64,000 nucleotides of DNA from Phaeosaccion multiseriatum (Eukaryota; Protista; Ochrophyta, other classes). The stretch's first letter is position 1, and each line of letters opens with the position of its first letter. The translations under genes and the position numbers were made by a program. The stretch lies in NCBI GenBank assembly GCA_965112735.1, contig OZ218952.1:4092001-4156000 (forward strand), given 5' to 3'. This document shows, piece by piece, positions 60,501-64,000 of the stretch. Under the pieces are notes generated by a model. The model was given only the letters and a program-made list of their open reading frames with translations, was not told the origin of the DNA and made no database searches.

Positions 60501-63500
60501 ACTCAGCCGGAGGGCTCGTGGTCAGTAGCATGGCAGAGATACTTGGGAATGTCGGAGAAGCGACTCAAGGCGCCGTCGAGGTTACCATTGTGACTGCCAG
60601 CACCCGCGCACCCATTGAGCCCGACACCATCACCATCAGCGTCGACATTGAAACCCTTGTCAACCTTCACGACGACGCCGGACCTTCGGATGAAGTGGAG
60701 CGTCGGCTGGCGGAGGGAGATGCACCCCCCGTAGCCATCAGCGCCGCTGTTGGGGGCCTCTTGGACACGATAGCAGAGGCGGTGGGAGATGCCTTGGACG
60801 AGATCACTTCCGGCGCTGCTGCCGTCGGCGTTGAAAGCTTCTCCATGGTCGAGACGGCCGACGCCGACGGCCTCCCCGACACGACGTCTTACCGTCTGAG
60901 CTACACAATGGTCTTCGTCGTGCCCGCGGGTATTGATCCCGACCCGGCAGACCTCGTCGTCACCACCACGGTCATGGTCCAGGAGTCAATTGTGGATCAG
61001 ATGGAAGGGGTCGAGGTTGCCATGATCAGTGCCACCCCCTCTGTACTCACCGCTACCCCAACACCGGTGTCATTGCCAGCGTCATTTTCAGACACTGGTG
61101 CGCCAACACCGGCGCCAGCTTTCGATGAAGTATCGTTTCCATCCACTTCCTGGGAGACCTTTGCGCCAACAAGTGCGCCAACACCGACGCCAGCGTCCTA
61201 TCTGTGAGTACTCCCCCGCCTCTGTCGAGGGTCTGTAAGCACTGTGATGAGGCTAATAGGTGTATCAGGTGCATACATGGACTAGCACACGGGTTTAGGG
61301 GCGCAGCGGTGATTTCAGTTTCAGTTTCGATAGGGACTCCTCTGTTTGCCCCACCCCCGCCCGACTGTCGCTCGCTCCTCGCCCCCCCTCCGTCATGCTC
61401 TCCTCATCTCGAGGGCTAAAAGGGTGACCCTTTGCAGAGTGTGCGTCCCTTTGCTTGCCCCTCTCGACCGCTGCTCGCTCCTCTACCCGGCCCCTGCTTG
61501 CCTGACCCTCTCCTCGCCCCTCCCCTTGTCCTCCGCTGTCGTACCCTCGTGTCTTGCGCCTGCAGCGGGGACACAGAAACCATCACCGTGGACTTTGACG
61601 TCATCGTCAATGTCCATGGTGACTTTATGGGCGACGATGACGGCCACGACGACTTCAGCAACTACAATGACGACTACTACAACGACGGCAGGAGTGGCAG
61701 AAGGGGTCTTCTGCGTCGGCTGGCGGAGGGGGATGCGCCTACCTCCGACTTGAGTAAAGAGCTTCAGCTCTTCCTAGACGATGAAGCACGGGATATGGCG
61801 GGTGTTGTGAGCGCTGTGGACTACAGCGTTCAAGACTTCTTCATGGTCGAGACGGCCGACATCGATGGCCTCCCCGACACGACATCTTACAGTGTGAGCT
61901 TCGCCATGGTCTTCACTGTGCCTGTGGGCGTTGACACCAACTCAGCCGGAGGGCTTGTGGTCAGTAGCATGGCAGAGATACTTGGGAATGTCGGAGAAGC
62001 GACTCAAGGCGCCGTCGAGGTTACCATTGTGACTGCCAGCACCCGCGCACCCATTGAGCCCGACAACATCACCATCAGCGTCGACATTGAAACCCTTGTC
62101 AACCTTCACGACGACGCCGGACCTTCGGATGAAGTGGAGCGTCGGCTGGCGGAGGGAGATGCACCCCCCGTAGCCATCAGCGCCGCTGTTGGGGGCCTCT
62201 TGGACACGATAGCAGAGGCGGTGGGAGATGCCTTGGACGAGATCGCTTCCGGCGCTGCTGCCGTCGGCGTTGAAAGCTTCTCCATGGTCGAGACGGCCGA
62301 CGCCGACGGCCTCCCCGACACGACGTCTTACCGTCTGAGCTACACAATGGTCTTCGTCGTGCCCGCGGGTATTGATCCCGACCCGGCAGACCTCGTCGTC
62401 ACCACCACGGTCATGGTCCAGGAGTCAATTGTGGATCAGATGGAAGGGGTCGAGGTTGCCATGATCAGTGCCACCCCCTCTGTACTCACCGCTACCCCAA
62501 CACCGGTGTCATTGCCAGCGTCATTTTCAGACACTGGTGCGCCAACACCGGCGCCAGCTTTCGATGAAGTATCGTTTCCATCCACTTCCTGGGAGACCTT
62601 TGCGCCAACAAGTGCGCCAACACCGACGCCAGCGTCCTATCTGTGAGTACTCCCCCGCCTCTGTCGAGGGTCTGTAAGCACTGTGATGAGGCTAATAGGT
62701 GTATCAGGTGCATACATGGACTAGCACACGGGTTTAGGGGCGCAGCGGTGATTTCAGTTTCAGTTTCGATAGGGACTCCTCTGTTTGCCCCACCCCCGCC
62801 CGACTGTCGCTCGCTCCTCGCCCCCCTCCGTCATGCTCTCCTCATCTCGAGGGCTAAAAGGGTGACCCTTTGCAGAGTGTGCGTCCCTTTGCTTGCCCCT
62901 CTCGACCGCTGCTCGCTCCTCTACCCGGCCCCTGCTTGCCTGACCCTCTCCTCGCCCCTCCCCTTGTCCTCCGCTGTCGTACCCTCGTGTCTTGCGCCTG
63001 CAGCGGGGACACAGAAACCATCACCGTGGACTTTGACGTCATCGTCAATGTCCATGATGACTTTATGGGCGACGATGACGGCCACGACGACTTCAGCAAC
63101 TACAATGACGACTACTACAACGACGGCAGGAGTGGCAGAAGGGGTCTTCTGCGTCGGCTGGCGGAGGGGGATGCGCCTACCTCCGACTTGAGTAAAGAGC
63201 TTCAGCTCTTCCTAGACGATGAAGCACGGGATATGGCGGGTGTTGTGAGCGCTGTGGACTACAGCGTTCAAGACTTCTTCATGGTCGAGACGGCCGACAT
63301 CGATGGCCTCCCCGACACGACATCTTACAGTGTGAGCTTCGCCATGGTCTTCACTGTGCCTGTGGGCGTTGACACCAACTCAGCCGGAGGGCTCGTGGTC
63401 AGTAGCATGGCAGAGATACTTGGGAATGTCGGAGAAGCGACTCAAGGCGCCGTCGAGGTTACCATTGTGACTGCCAGCACCCGCGCACCCATTGAGCCCG

Positions 63501-63967
63501 ACACCATCACCATCAGCGTCGACATTGAAACCCTTGTCAACCTTCACGACGACGCCGGACCTTCGGATGAAGTGGAGCGTCGGCTGGCGGAGGGAGATGC
63601 ACCCCCCGTAGCCATCAGCGCCGCTGTTGGGGGCCTCTTGGACACGATAGCAGAGGCGGTGGGAGATGCCTTGGACGAGATCGCTTCCGGCGCTGCTGCC
63701 GTCGGCGTTGAAAGCTTCTCCATGGTCGAGACGGCAGACGCCGACGGCCTCCCCGACACGACGTCTTACAGTCTGAGCTACACAATGGTCTTCGTCGTGC
63801 CCGCGGGTATTGATCCCGACCCGGCAGACCTCGTCGTCACCACCACGGTCATGGTCCAGGAGTCAATTGTGGATCAGATGGAAGGGGTCGAGGTTGCCAT
63901 GATCAGTGCCACCCCCTCTGTACTCACCGCTGCCCCGACACCGGCACCCACCCCAGCGTCAACTCCG
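57563..63967 (+). CDS. Secreted/surface acidic repeat protein (continues beyond the window)
   Basis: Signal peptide MKKSLLPGLVLLVGLAAA, short 5' exons, then repeated exons 58690-59766, 60127-61203, 61566-62642 (1077 nt each) and 63004-63967 with D-rich tracts, RRL motifs and PTPAP linkers. Confidence 0.7.
58560..63930 (+). repeat. Tandem ~1438-bp exon+intron repeat, ~4 units
   Basis: Exon starts are spaced 1437, 1439 and 1438 bp apart. Units 2-4 are nearly identical including introns; unit 1 is more diverged. Confidence 0.95.
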
Positions 63968-64000
63968 GTAAGCAATGGCCATACATGTCTCTTCACGCGA

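Noticed and set aside
1-64000. CRISPR arrays, rRNA, and the many short antisense or overlapping ORFs
   Set aside because: No repeat-spacer array or rRNA motif was seen; the short ORFs are explained by high GC content and microsatellites.

Overview
This is eukaryotic, GC-rich DNA with GT-AG introns full of microsatellites, most likely a stramenopile or ochrophyte alga (inferred from gene content, not certain). Ordinary chromosomal genes lie on both flanks: a Rav1/DMXL-like gene with extra SH2/DEP/C2-like domains, an ankyrin protein, a GH85 ENGase, an intron-containing tRNA-Tyr, a TFxP-repeat protein, a secreted Cys-rich protein, an ankyrin-tRNase Z fusion, PCID2, a Pkr1-like gene, a two-TM protein and a secreted acidic protein built from 1.44-kb tandem exon+intron units. 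Three MITE-like elements with TCGG...CCGA termini are also present. The main feature is a ~16.8-kb near-perfect palindrome (37308-54077, 87-bp spacer). Each arm carries a 7-exon, ~1374-aa five-module gene: EF-hand + globin + heme-oxygenase-like diiron oxidase + SAM methyltransferase + TauD-like Fe/2OG dioxygenase. This looks like a whole small-molecule pathway fused into one protein with Ca2+ and O2/heme modules. The left copy is intact; the right copy has a 32-bp frameshifting deletion. The outer end of each arm holds a chromovirus LTR-retrotransposon remnant inserted into a GIY-YIG/zinc-knuckle pseudogene resembling giant-virus genes. All domain calls come from reading motifs by eye, not from database searches.
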